A stretch of 62,884 nt of DNA from a virus (lineage: Duplodnaviria; Caudoviricetes). A model generated the notes under the pieces. It made no database searches, was not told the DNA's origin, and saw only the letters and a program-made list of their open reading frames with translations. The stretch is from IMG/VR virus record IMGVR_UViG_3300017989_000120, positions 1 to 62,884 of that record; one strand, 5' to 3'. Every line of letters starts with the position of its first letter. Position 1 is the first letter of the stretch. Of this stretch, positions 18,553 to 27,380 are shown piece by piece. The position numbers and the translations under genes were made by a program.

Positions 18553-20466
18553 ATGGCTGGGATAAATCACTTATACGACATTTACAATAAGAAGGGATCT
18601 GACTTTGTCAATCAGCTTTTTAATCGTTACGTAACCATCAACGAAAAGATGGACGGCTCGGCTTTCTCTTTTGAAAGAGATAAGGAATCCGGAAATTTCC
18701 GTTTTTATAGGAGGGATCAAAGAAATCCTATAACTTTAGTGGACAGGACTCTCATGAAATATTACGAGAAGCCAATCCAGTATATCGAATCTCTCCCTCC
18801 AAACATACTTGAAAAAATACCTAGAGGATGGAGATTCGGGCTGGAATATTTTTCAAACACCAAACCTGTAGAGATCTCATACGATAGATTGCCAAAGAAT
18901 AACTTGATTCTTTCTTATATCCACAAGATGGGTACTGGAGGTAAGATAGAAAGCACTATCCAGGATAAAGGGGAATTAGATAATTGGGCAGATCTGATTG
19001 GGGTTGAAAGACCACCAATTGTTTTTCAGGGAGTTCTAGACGAGGATCAGAAATCTGAACTTATGGAGTTTTTGAACACCCCGTTCAAGGATCTTGTCGA
19101 AAGATTCAAAACTCAATCTTTTGTTAGGTTTGTTATTAAGACCCTGAACCCAGAGTTAACCAAAACTGCTCTCAACGATGACCTAGATAAGGACGTCGAG
19201 GGAATAGTTTTTAGATTTGGAGAGCCTGATGGGGATAGTGATACTGTTTTAGCTAAAATGGTAGATCCAATATTCACCGAGATTGCTAAGCAAAAGTTTG
19301 CTGACAAAAAGAGCAAAAAACCTTCTGATTTTCTAGGTATTACGCTGCTTGACGTAATGAATTTCATTTTGGAGAAAGATCTTTCCGAATTTGAAGTTGA
19401 AGGAGAGTCTGAGGACGAGAGATACATTTCCTTTATGGGAGACGTTTTTGTCAAGTTCCTTGATGAATACGAGGAAAAGTATAAGGGTACTGATTTCGAA
19501 GAACCAGATTACCTAAAAAGAGAAGAATTTAGGTTAAACAAGGAAAAAATTAAGGATAGAAGAGTTCTTAAGTATGTTGAAAAAGACGACTCGTTCGAAT
19601 CTCTATTCAAACTCATTCTTAATTCCTTCAGAAAAATAAAAACCAGAGCTGGTGGAATAATCACAGCTGGTATGAAGGACCAAATGAATCTTTTGATCAA
19701 AGACATTAAGGACTACATCAAAAAACCAGAGAAGAACGTAAACGAATCTAGGTTTATTAGCTTCGGTGAATTTAGGAAGGAGAACACCCCCTCTGTAGAA
19801 TACCTACAGGAGGAGGATGATTCGGATACAAGTGATGATCCTTTTTTCTCATACCGTGAATTCATCAGCAAACTTGAGACTATTGATAACGAGGAGTTAC
19901 CAAACGAGGTAGAGATTCTTAAAGAGGACGATACCGAGGAAAGAAAGCCGGTAAATGTTATAATGGGTAGATTTCAGCCTTTCCACCAGGGACACCTCAA
20001 GATGGCAAAGGATCTTATGGAGAAAAACGATTTGCCGTCATTCGTTGTTGTAGTTTATCCTGGCCACAACAAGTCTGGAAAATCTCCATTTGATGAAGAA
20101 TCTATCAAAAGATACATGGATGCGATAGTTGCCAACAATGAAGAGATAGAAGGCTATGTTCTTGCTACTCGGGGACTTCTTGGTTCTGCCATTGCAAGAC
20201 TAATAGATATGGGATATGATCCTAAGTTAATTGGTGCAGGCCCCGACCGAATAGATGACTATACTAAGCAGATAGACTATGTTAAGATGTCTGATATAAA
20301 AGACAAAATAAGCGATGACCTAAGCATAGTAGAAACCCCAAGGGTAACGAGTGGTACCGAAGTTAGGCAAGCTATGAAAGACCAGGATTTTGCCAAGTTT
20401 AAAAAGATGGTTCCAAAAGAGGTCTCAAACCTTTATAATGACCTCATTACAAGCGTCAGGGACTGA
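18553..20466 (+). CDS. Fusion of an RNA-ligase-like (KxDG) domain and a HIGH-family cytidylyl/adenylyltransferase domain
   Basis: INEKMDGSA (ligase motif I), EGIVFR (motif IV), LAKMV (motif V); C-terminal GRFQPFHQGH, GPDR, SGTEVR. Confidence 0.7.
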   Translation: MAGINHLYDIYNKKGSDFVNQLFNRYVTINEKMDGSAFSFERDKESGNFRFYRRDQRNPITLVDRTLMKYYEKPIQYIESLPPNILEKIPRGWRFGLEYFSNTKPVEISYDRLPKNNLILSYIHKMGTGGKIESTIQDKGELDNWADLIGVERPPIVFQGVLDEDQKSELMEFLNTPFKDLVERFKTQSFVRFVIKTLNPELTKTALNDDLDKDVEGIVFRFGEPDGDSDTVLAKMVDPIFTEIAKQKFADKKSKKPSDFLGITLLDVMNFILEKDLSEFEVEGESEDERYISFMGDVFVKFLDEYEEKYKGTDFEEPDYLKREEFRLNKEKIKDRRVLKYVEKDDSFESLFKLILNSFRKIKTRAGGIITAGMKDQMNLLIKDIKDYIKKPEKNVNESRFISFGEFRKENTPSVEYLQEEDDSDTSDDPFFSYREFISKLETIDNEELPNEVEILKEDDTEERKPVNVIMGRFQPFHQGHLKMAKDLMEKNDLPSFVVVVYPGHNKSGKSPFDEESIKRYMDAIVANNEEIEGYVLATRGLLGSAIARLIDMGYDPKLIGAGPDRIDDYTKQIDYVKMSDIKDKISDDLSIVETPRVTSGTEVRQAMKDQDFAKFKKMVPKEVSNLYNDLITSVRD

Positions 20467-20472
20467 TATATA
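20465..20472 (+). promoter_or_regulatory. GATATATA putative late promoter
   Basis: Upstream of CTS-like ORF 20492. Confidence 0.6.
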
Positions 20473-20491
20473 AAAAAATACAAATAAACCA

Positions 20492-21031
20492 GTGGATAAA
20501 AGAATACAGACCTTCTCAGACTTCCTAAAGGCTTCTTCGATTAACGAGGGAGATGGATTTGGTACATACCCTTTCTTGTTAATAAAGGATGGCGATATTT
20601 ACAACTATCTTTTCCAGCTAGAGCTTGAGAATGGCTCTCAGAAAGGATTCATGCTAGTAGTTGGTAAATATTCTCAGTATGAGACAATGGAGGGACCTAA
20701 AAACTCTTACGCAGTTCTAAACATAAATGAGATAGCTCCTGAAATTATAGAGGATATTGCTATCAAGAAATCTGAAATCCCCGATCTAAATGATGCTAAG
20801 TTTAATCTTAAGGACAATGATCTAAGCAGATTTTTAGAGCAGATATCTAAGGCTTTATTAAATTATCTTGAGAAAAATCCAAAAGTAATTCGTATATTTG
20901 ACGAAATGCAGGATAATATGGATATCGAAAACTATGAAGAAATGGTAAAATCAGTTTTACTTTCCTTCCTAGGTCCAGAATGGGCAATTCAGGAAGGATC
21001 TCACAAGGGAACATTCATAATCAGTAGATAA
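20492..21031 (+). CDS. Hypothetical protein with CTS-like N-terminus
   Basis: RIQTFSDFLKASSINEG. Confidence 0.6.
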   Translation: MDKRIQTFSDFLKASSINEGDGFGTYPFLLIKDGDIYNYLFQLELENGSQKGFMLVVGKYSQYETMEGPKNSYAVLNINEIAPEIIEDIAIKKSEIPDLNDAKFNLKDNDLSRFLEQISKALLNYLEKNPKVIRIFDEMQDNMDIENYEEMVKSVLLSFLGPEWAIQEGSHKGTFIISR

Positions 21032-21039
21032 TCCAAATC

Positions 21040-21070
21040 GAAACATTTACTCTTAACAATCCTATAAATA
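21040..21070 (+). promoter_or_regulatory. GAAAC-N18-TATAA promoter (also contains TATAAATA)
   Basis: GAAAC atttactcttaacaatcc TATAAATA before ATG 21089. Confidence 0.55.
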
Positions 21071-21088
21071 AGGAAAATTTAAACAATT

Positions 21089-21265
21089 ATGGAAAATTTC
21101 GATCGAATCAAAGAAGTTATGGAAGCTGCAGAAGCCGACGTAGCAAAGTTTGTTGAAAAAGGCAATAAGGCAGCTGGAACAAGAGTTCGCCAAGCCATGC
21201 AAGAAGTTAAGAAGCTTGCTCAACAAGTAAGGTTGGATGTTCAGGAGATGAAGAACAACTCTTAA
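21089..21265 (+). CDS. Histone H1-like protein Hc1 family (not in the ORF track)
   Basis: Manual translation MENFDRIKEVMEAAEADVAKFVEKGNKAAGTRVRQAMQEVKKLAQQVRLDVQEMKNNS; KF.EKGNKAAGTR signature. Confidence 0.85.
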   Translation: MENFDRIKEVMEAAEADVAKFVEKGNKAAGTRVRQAMQEVKKLAQQVRLDVQEMKNNS

Positions 21266-21289
21266 GAAACCAAACTACAAACAGATATT

Positions 21290-21314
21290 AGGCAGCCCTT
21301 CCGGCTGCCTTTTC
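21290..21314 (+). terminator. Intrinsic terminator
   Basis: AGGCAGCC cttcc GGCTGCCT TTT. Confidence 0.75.
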
Positions 21315-21348
21315 TGTGTACATGGAAATGGAATAAAACCATCTAATT

Positions 21349-21356
21349 GATATATA
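21349..21356 (+). promoter_or_regulatory. GATATATA putative promoter
   Basis: 19 nt before ATG 21376. Confidence 0.55.
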
Positions 21357-21375
21357 AGATGTAAATTTTATACAC

Positions 21376-21582
21376 ATGGGATATTACGTAGCAAAAGTTA
21401 GTTTTGAATCAACTGAAACCAAAAGAAATGGTGATCCAGTAATTCACAAATCAGAATTTCTAGTTGCAGCTGAGTCTGTGCTAGAGGTTGAGACAAAAGT
21501 AGCAGAGTTCCTTGAGGGAACCACTGGATTCTTTGAAACCACACAGATTTCAAAATCCAAAATTGAAGCAGTTATAGAATAA
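21376..21582 (+). CDS. DUF4494-like small protein
   Basis: YVAKVSF...G......FLVAAESVLEVE.KV...I..SKI..V pattern. Confidence 0.55.
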   Translation: MGYYVAKVSFESTETKRNGDPVIHKSEFLVAAESVLEVETKVAEFLEGTTGFFETTQISKSKIEAVIE

Positions 21583-22118
21583 TGGCAAATACCGGCAGCT
21601 ATATTCCCCCACAATCCCCCATTGCTATCCAGCCTGGAGACAAGGGATTTGAGATAGTTGGGAAGGGTTACAATAGATGGCTTTGGACATTCCCCGATTG
21701 GAAGAAGGGAAAGAAGAAGATAATTAATCCTGCAACTAACTGGGAATTGAACGCAAAGCCAATGAGTCCTGCAGAGATAAAGAAAAAGATGAAGGGTCTT
21801 TATCTCCAAGAAGACTCTGACGAAAGGATTGAAGGCGGCATTTCCCCTGGAAAAAATCTAAGAGATATCGCTATTATGCATACCTACGACGATTCGATGG
21901 ATCACGTGGACCGTGAAGCTATAGAGAAAATGCTTTCTCACCTGGAGAAACAGCTTCAAATGGGAATTGGTGTAGAGATGGAACATACAGACGATGAGGC
22001 TCTGGCTGCTGAGATCGCTAAGGATCACCTGGTGGAAGATCCAGACTATTATACTAAGCTTCAAAAAGTTGAAGAGAGTATGAAAATTATCATACCTTTC
22101 GAAAAATATAAGATTTAA
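21582..22118 (+). CDS. Hypothetical protein with DUF5661-like domain
   Basis: QLQMGIGVEMEHTDD...EIAKDHLVEDPDYYTKL. Confidence 0.65.
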   Translation: MANTGSYIPPQSPIAIQPGDKGFEIVGKGYNRWLWTFPDWKKGKKKIINPATNWELNAKPMSPAEIKKKMKGLYLQEDSDERIEGGISPGKNLRDIAIMHTYDDSMDHVDREAIEKMLSHLEKQLQMGIGVEMEHTDDEALAAEIAKDHLVEDPDYYTKLQKVEESMKIIIPFEKYKI

Positions 22119-22119
22119 A

Positions 22120-22557
22120 ATGCCATCAGTAAGTAAAGCACAACAGGCAATTATGGGTCAAGCTTGGGCTCTTAGACAAAATGAGCTAAAGCTAAAGGAT
22201 ATCAATCCCAGATACAGAAAAGAAATCGAAAAGATTGCTTTTGGTTACAAGGACAAGGACGGAAAGTTTATTGCACCTATGACTGACAAGGAACTTAAAA
22301 AGTTTGCAAAAACAAAATCTAAGGATTTACCCGAGAACGTAAAAGACGGTAAACCGGTGAAGGAGGAAAAATTCACTCCGGGGATAACCAGTTCTAAGGG
22401 AGTTCCATCCTTTACACCTAGTATTACTTTTGGTGGAGAAATTAAACCCATTATACCTTATCTAGACACGGATGCAAAAAAAGAGAAGCCCGGGAAGAAA
22501 AACCTAGAGAATCTCAAGGATTATAGGGACTGGATAAAGGAAAGAAAGAAGTCATGA
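22120..22557 (+). CDS. Hypothetical protein (DUF3008-like N-terminus)
   Basis: MPSVSKAQQ..MG and M..KELKKFAKTK.K.LP motifs. Confidence 0.55.
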   Translation: MPSVSKAQQAIMGQAWALRQNELKLKDINPRYRKEIEKIAFGYKDKDGKFIAPMTDKELKKFAKTKSKDLPENVKDGKPVKEEKFTPGITSSKGVPSFTPSITFGGEIKPIIPYLDTDAKKEKPGKKNLENLKDYRDWIKERKKS

Positions 22558-22964
22558 TAAATCTTTTTGAGTTTGATAAGTATGATCCTAAATCTGAATA
22601 TCTTGAGGATGAAAGGAGAAACATAGATCTGGATAAGATAAGAAAGTCTGATGCTTATATGGATATTTTAGACCTCGGTTTTTCCGATGAAACCTCGGAT
22701 CAACAGGAACTAAACAATACACTCAAATTCAAAAGAAAGAATCAGCCTGAGGTAAAGGGATATGGTGAGGTATTTTACACTATACACCCAACAGGTGTAA
22801 TTCGTCGCTATAACCCAATCAAATCAAATGAAACCCCAGAGGGACAAGGAAATACTATTAGGACTTATCCATCACCTTTCAGAAACGGTAAGGAATATAA
22901 AAAGGCATTAAGATACCTCTTTAATTATCTACGGAGAAAGGAATTAAGGAAAGACTATAGATAA
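22554..22964 (+). CDS. Hypothetical protein
   Basis: 136 aa, ATGA-coupled. Confidence 0.6.
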   Translation: MINLFEFDKYDPKSEYLEDERRNIDLDKIRKSDAYMDILDLGFSDETSDQQELNNTLKFKRKNQPEVKGYGEVFYTIHPTGVIRRYNPIKSNETPEGQGNTIRTYPSPFRNGKEYKKALRYLFNYLRRKELRKDYR

Positions 22965-22992
22965 ATATAGAAACAACTTAAAGAATACTAAA

Positions 22993-23220
22993 ATGGGATG
23001 TGGATGCAATAAAGGGTCAAGGAGTGAGACAAACACTCAAACTACAAAGCAATACGATGACCTTTCTGGCAAGTTTATACTTGACACACAGGGTAACAAA
23101 TTTCTTGTAACTTCGCCAATATATGATGCTTATAAGGATATTGTTGGATACACTGTCAAGGACGAGCAGGAAAACTCTCTTAGAATATTTGCAAAGAATG
23201 TTCAAAAAATACTAGATTAA
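22993..23220 (+). CDS. Hypothetical protein (MGCGCNK start)
   Basis: 75 aa; GATAAATATA upstream at 22960. Confidence 0.6.
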   Translation: MGCGCNKGSRSETNTQTTKQYDDLSGKFILDTQGNKFLVTSPIYDAYKDIVGYTVKDEQENSLRIFAKNVQKILD

Positions 23221-23221
23221 A

Positions 23222-23725
23222 ATGGATTCAATGTACTATCCAACTGGAAATTCAACTAACGGACGAACGCTAGTTTGTTTGTGCTGCGAGGATGTTCCGG
23301 TAATGGAAGACCAGGAAACTCCGGATGCTATGGAACTTAAAATCAAGGAATGGTTGGATGAAAACGACTATTGCGTTGAAAAATGGCAAATGGACGAAGA
23401 AATGAAAAATTGCGGATGTGAAGGGTATGAACTCCAAGAAATGGATGGAGGAGCACCTGCACCAGCCGGAGATGGTGGCGGAGCATTCGCTACATTAGGA
23501 ACTACCCAAGGAATGGGAAATGTTGAAGCACCTTCATCTGGTGGTACTAATGCAGATTTTTATAGTGGAGCAGTTGGATCCGGAGATAAGTTCCCTTCGC
23601 TTACGGTAGGAACACCTGCTGCTAAAGGAGGTTCTAGAGGTTCTTCTAAAAAGAAGAAAAAGAAAGACAAGGTTGTTAAAAGCTTTGAGGATTTCAAGAA
23701 AATGATGAAATCTTTGCAGAAATAA
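23222..23725 (+). CDS. Hypothetical acidic/Gly-rich protein with C-terminal CTS-like motif
   Basis: LQEMDGG...GSGDKF...KKKKKK..VVKSFEDFKK. Confidence 0.6.
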   Translation: MDSMYYPTGNSTNGRTLVCLCCEDVPVMEDQETPDAMELKIKEWLDENDYCVEKWQMDEEMKNCGCEGYELQEMDGGAPAPAGDGGGAFATLGTTQGMGNVEAPSSGGTNADFYSGAVGSGDKFPSLTVGTPAAKGGSRGSSKKKKKKDKVVKSFEDFKKMMKSLQK

Positions 23726-23748
23726 GACAAAAAGTCATAACTGTTTGC

Positions 23749-23775
23749 AAAAAGGTGCCAAAAAGGCACCTTTTT
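23749..23775 (+). terminator. Hairpin: terminator and/or operator upstream of Hsp20
   Basis: AAAAGGTGCC aaaaa GGCACCTTTTT. Confidence 0.55.
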
Positions 23776-23791
23776 CTTTGCTTTTTATTAG

Positions 23792-23807
23792 TGGAACAGG
23801 ATTTGAA
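23792..23807 (+). promoter_or_regulatory. Putative sigma-54 (-24/-12) promoter of Hsp20
   Basis: TGGAACAGGATTTGAA versus consensus TGGCACG-N4-TTGCW, with correct spacing. Confidence 0.4.
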
Positions 23808-23831
23808 ATATTAGTAATAAAAAAACAGATT

Positions 23832-24188
23832 ATGAACAGAACAACTTTTTACAGTCCTCTAGAAATGATGGAAAGGATTTTCCACAACACAAATCCTGTT
23901 ATTCAAAGTAGAAACTACTTTGTGGACGAGAGGGATGGAGAGTATGCTTTAGAAATACCGGTCCCTGGTTTTTCTAAAAAAGACATCTCGGTTGATGTCG
24001 AAGGAAACTTTTTGGTCATAAGCGGTGAAGATAATGAATCATATTGGACAGATGACTTCACGAAGAAATTCAAACTTCCCAATGAAGCTGATCCAGAATT
24101 GATTAAAGCGAAGATAGAAGACGGTGTACTTAAGGTTTCAGTGGGTAAGAAGAAAGAGTCAATGCCTAAGAAGATTAAAATCTCATAA
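23832..24188 (+). CDS. Small heat shock protein Hsp20
   Basis: EIPVPGFSKKDISVDVEGN.LVISG, F.KKFKLP, IKAKIEDGVLKV; ATG 23832. Confidence 0.9.
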   Translation: MNRTTFYSPLEMMERIFHNTNPVIQSRNYFVDERDGEYALEIPVPGFSKKDISVDVEGNFLVISGEDNESYWTDDFTKKFKLPNEADPELIKAKIEDGVLKVSVGKKKESMPKKIKIS

Positions 24189-24220
24189 GTTCCGAAATTT
24201 TTCTTACTTTTATAAATATT

Positions 24221-24252
24221 AAAGCTCGATCACTAAAGATTGAGCTTTTTTA
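24221..24252 (+). terminator. Intrinsic terminator
   Basis: AAAGCTCGATC...GATTGAGCTTTTTT. Confidence 0.55.
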
Positions 24253-24254
24253 TT

Positions 24255-24470
24255 ATGTCAAGGGAAAAAGAAATATTCGAAAGATTCGCAATTGAGATTG
24301 CACAAGAAATCATTAAGAAGGAAGAAAATCCAGACTATGAGATAATTCTGGATAGAAAGTCTGTTATAAGTAAACTTTCATCTATCATGGGACAAGAATA
24401 TCCAGAAACAGCCTCTCAGTTTGATAAGAGAATAAATGATCACCTAAAAAGATTAAGGAGAAATCTATAA
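24255..24470 (+). CDS. Hypothetical protein
   Basis: 71 aa from ATG 24255. Confidence 0.5.
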   Translation: MSREKEIFERFAIEIAQEIIKKEENPDYEIILDRKSVISKLSSIMGQEYPETASQFDKRINDHLKRLRRNL

Positions 24471-24856
24471 TGGAAAGGCTTATACAGGAAGATTACTTAG
24501 ATAGCCCTTGGAAGATGACCGTAATATGTATACTGCTAAACCAAACCACTAACCAGCAGGTAAGAAAAATTTTAGATCCTCTTTTTGATCTAATACAATC
24601 CCCAGAGAAATGCTCTGGATTGAACCCAGACCAGATCTATCCAGTAATTAAAGGAACTGGCTTTGGAAACGTAAAATCTAGGAGGATAATCTCTATGAGT
24701 CAAAAATGGATCGACGGATTTAAAGACGTCCAAGAATTACCTGGTGTTGGAAAATACGCAAAAGAGTCCTGGGAAATTTTTGTGAATGGAAAAACAAATT
24801 TTACTCCAAGTGACAAAAAATTAAGGATGTACCTAGAGGGATTGAATAGTCTCTAA
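24470..24856 (+). CDS. MBD4-like HhH-GPD DNA glycosylase
   Basis: LIQE...PWK...CILLNQT, HhH ELPGVGKYA..SW.IF, P.DKKL..Y. Confidence 0.8.
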   Translation: MERLIQEDYLDSPWKMTVICILLNQTTNQQVRKILDPLFDLIQSPEKCSGLNPDQIYPVIKGTGFGNVKSRRIISMSQKWIDGFKDVQELPGVGKYAKESWEIFVNGKTNFTPSDKKLRMYLEGLNSL

Positions 24857-25525
24857 TAGAGCTGGATGTGGTGGACAGCTCAATCTATCAATTCTTACAT
24901 TGCTATGAGACCAAAGACCTTGACCCCCTAATAAAGCATTTTCTGACAGTTCAAATCCACCAAAATCACCAAACTTCAGGATTTCTTTCTGAAGACCCCT
25001 TTTAAGATCTATTTCATATTTTTCGCTAAGGTATTTAAGTAAACCCTTTAGTGATTCTATTTGAGCTTTTGAATAACTATGAAAATACTTACTGCCCCTG
25101 AAAGGTGATTCAAGCTCTGTAACTTGATTTTTACTTATCTTAACGTGACTTGATGTGTAGAAATCTCCATCCTCTGTTTTTATAAGAGGACCGTAGTTAC
25201 ATATGTCGATGCCTATACTCTTTTGGTTTAGGAAGGTGTTATTTTTTGCTTTTATGAATAGATGGTGTGACCACATAGATTCTTTAAAAGCTCTATAAAC
25301 TATCCCATCATACTTTTTATCTTTCCCGTCGGGAGATATACCACCAATTACGAATGCACTAGAGGATCTTATTTTGTTGGTAGAATTTTTCCTGTCTCTT
25401 CCCCAGTATTCAATCAGCCAATCAGGCCTATAATGTCCAGACGAATCCCTTAGGAAAATGGAATCCTTCGGGTGTGGTTGTTGATAATATGCACTTTCGG
25501 AAAGTGGATAATCAATATATTCCAA
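24833..25525 (-). CDS. N-acetylmuramoyl-L-alanine amidase (Amidase_2)-like protein, apparently degenerate active site
   Basis: N..SIGIDICNYG, YS.AQIESL..L...L, LWSHSNVR..R..CP; IFLRDSSG replaces the usual I.LHHTAG. Confidence 0.7.
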   Translation of the reverse strand: MEYIDYPLSESAYYQQPHPKDSIFLRDSSGHYRPDWLIEYWGRDRKNSTNKIRSSSAFVIGGISPDGKDKKYDGIVYRAFKESMWSHHLFIKAKNNTFLNQKSIGIDICNYGPLIKTEDGDFYTSSHVKISKNQVTELESPFRGSKYFHSYSKAQIESLKGLLKYLSEKYEIDLKRGLQKEILKFGDFGGFELSENALLGGQGLWSHSNVRIDRLSCPPHPALLETIQSL

Positions 25526-25535
25526 TCCTTGATAC

Positions 25536-25862
25536 TTATTTTTCTTCGGAGGTTTTGGCTGTTGGTGAAAGTTCCTCGTGTATTCTCTTTTTCAAATACT
25601 TGATAACATCCTTAGGTGCCTCTCCATTTTTAACCATATTCGTGAATTCCTCCTCCTCTGCTAACGTATCTAAATAGTTGTAAAGATCCGTACTTTGAAA
25701 CATTGAATCCACTACCTGTGGGGTTTGTGTATAAGCGGGTCTATAGTTTCTTGAGTTAACATTATCCTTGTACCATTCACCAGGAACAACCACACTACCA
25801 GGTGCTGCTGAAATGTAATATTCATTAAGGAAATTCTCGAAACTTTTGATCCTGCTATCCAT
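25536..25862 (-). CDS. Hypothetical protein with CTS-like N-terminus
   Basis: MDSRIKSFENFLNEYY from ATG at 25862. Confidence 0.6.
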   Translation of the reverse strand: MDSRIKSFENFLNEYYISAAPGSVVVPGEWYKDNVNSRNYRPAYTQTPQVVDSMFQSTDLYNYLDTLAEEEEFTNMVKNGEAPKDVIKYLKKRIHEELSPTAKTSEEK

Positions 25863-25872
25863 AAGTATGTTG

Positions 25873-25880
25873 TATATATC
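25873..25880 (-). promoter_or_regulatory. GATATATA putative late promoter (minus strand)
   Basis: TATATATC on the + strand, 10 nt upstream of the minus-strand ATG 25862. Confidence 0.6.
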
Positions 25881-25922
25881 TTTAGCGATTTTCGCCAAAG
25901 GTGTAATCTCAAATTTTATTCC

Positions 25923-27335
25923 ATGATAGTAGACATTGAAAACAAAGGGACTTATCTAAAAGTATCGTCTTTCTCCGAGGAGGGCGATTTAATTTTTGTA
26001 GATGTTCCTGTCCCAGAGGAGGAAAGGTTTATCTGGGAAAAATGCTCACCTTCGGATAGAAGAAGGGCATCTGATTGGGAGTCTTGGGATGGAATGCCGG
26101 TTAGAAAAGTGAAGACCCAGAAGTATGACAAATACCGAATGGTTCAAATCTTGGAAGAAGCAGACCCAGAGCTTACTAAATCTCTTTGGGATTTCCAAAT
26201 ACCGAAAAAGTACTTTGTGGATATTGAGGTTGAGATGACCGATGAGATGGGAGATTCCCTAGATACCGCTAATGCCAAGAACAAGGTGCTTTCTATCGGT
26301 ATTGCAACAGATAGGTGTAAATCAATAATTCTAGGGCTTGATCCACTTTCAGCAGAGGAGCAAGCGGACATTTACAAAAAGACCAACGAGTATCTTGAAC
26401 CGATGGGGGATGAATGGTCTTTTAAATATCACCAGTTTGAATCTGAGTATGATATGCTTTATACCTTCTTTAAGAAGTTGGCCCCTAAAATGCCATTGAT
26501 AACTGGGTGGAACTGGTTTGGGTATGACTGGCCATATTTGGTGAATAGAGCTAAGAGACTTGGTATCGATCCGAAGGTAATTTCACCAGCTAACTGGCTT
26601 ATTGGAAAGAAAAATCTTCCTATGCATTTGCTAATGGTCGATTATCTTGAGATCTATAAAAAATGGGATCGGACAATTAAGATCAAGGAGAGCAATAGAT
26701 TAGACTATGTTGCAGAGAAGGCTACAGGATTAAAGAAGATTGTATATGATGGATCTCTAAGGGACCTCTACCAGTCTGATTTCCCTAAGTTTATCCTTTA
26801 CAACGTAATTGACTGTGCCCTGGTTCACTATATAGATGTTAAGTTAAAAACCCTTCTAACTTACTTCAAGATAGCAAATTTAAACAGGGTTGAGATCAGT
26901 AGGGCACTTTCTCCCGTGTGGGCAACAGAGGTTATGATGCTCAAAAAGTTTTTGGAAAGGAATCAAGTCTTTGTGAATGAGAGAAAAGAAGAAAGCCATG
27001 TCAAATTCATTGGTGGGTATGTCAAAGAGCCTATCAAGGGACTTCACGAATGGGTTGCTTGTTATGACTTTGCTTCCCTATACCCAAACACCATTGTGCA
27101 ATGGGGTATTTCTCCTGAGGTTTATAAAGGTAAACTAGGAAAGGATATATCTGAAGCCAAGGAGGGATGGGTGAAAACCTCTTCGACCGCACTCTTTGGT
27201 GGAGACGACGAAAGCCCAATCTTGAAGACAATAATTAAGGACCTATACTCAAAGAGGAAGGCAACAAAAAAGAGAATGCTTGAGTTGCAGATAGAAATTG
27301 ACGGGTTGGAGAAACAATTGAAAAAATTAACATAG
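25923..27335 (+). CDS. DNA polymerase family B, N-terminal subunit (3'-5' exonuclease plus palm motif A)
   Basis: ExoI FVDIEV, ExoII GWNWFGYDWPYL, ExoIII YNVIDC, GGYVKEP, motif A YDFASLYP; ends in the first fingers helix. Confidence 0.9.
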   Translation: MIVDIENKGTYLKVSSFSEEGDLIFVDVPVPEEERFIWEKCSPSDRRRASDWESWDGMPVRKVKTQKYDKYRMVQILEEADPELTKSLWDFQIPKKYFVDIEVEMTDEMGDSLDTANAKNKVLSIGIATDRCKSIILGLDPLSAEEQADIYKKTNEYLEPMGDEWSFKYHQFESEYDMLYTFFKKLAPKMPLITGWNWFGYDWPYLVNRAKRLGIDPKVISPANWLIGKKNLPMHLLMVDYLEIYKKWDRTIKIKESNRLDYVAEKATGLKKIVYDGSLRDLYQSDFPKFILYNVIDCALVHYIDVKLKTLLTYFKIANLNRVEISRALSPVWATEVMMLKKFLERNQVFVNERKEESHVKFIGGYVKEPIKGLHEWVACYDFASLYPNTIVQWGISPEVYKGKLGKDISEAKEGWVKTSSTALFGGDDESPILKTIIKDLYSKRKATKKRMLELQIEIDGLEKQLKKLT

Positions 27336-27372
27336 AATTTCCCTAAAATCACCGCACTTTAGGGACCCACTT

Positions 27373-27380
27373 GATATATA
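27373..27380 (+). promoter_or_regulatory. GATATATA putative promoter
   Basis: Upstream of the dUTPase-nrdB-nrdA unit. Confidence 0.5.

Noticed and set aside
23745-23831. N-terminal extension of Hsp20 given in the ORF track
   Set aside because: It spans a hairpin and promoter-like sequence; ATG 23832 after an A-rich leader is the more plausible start
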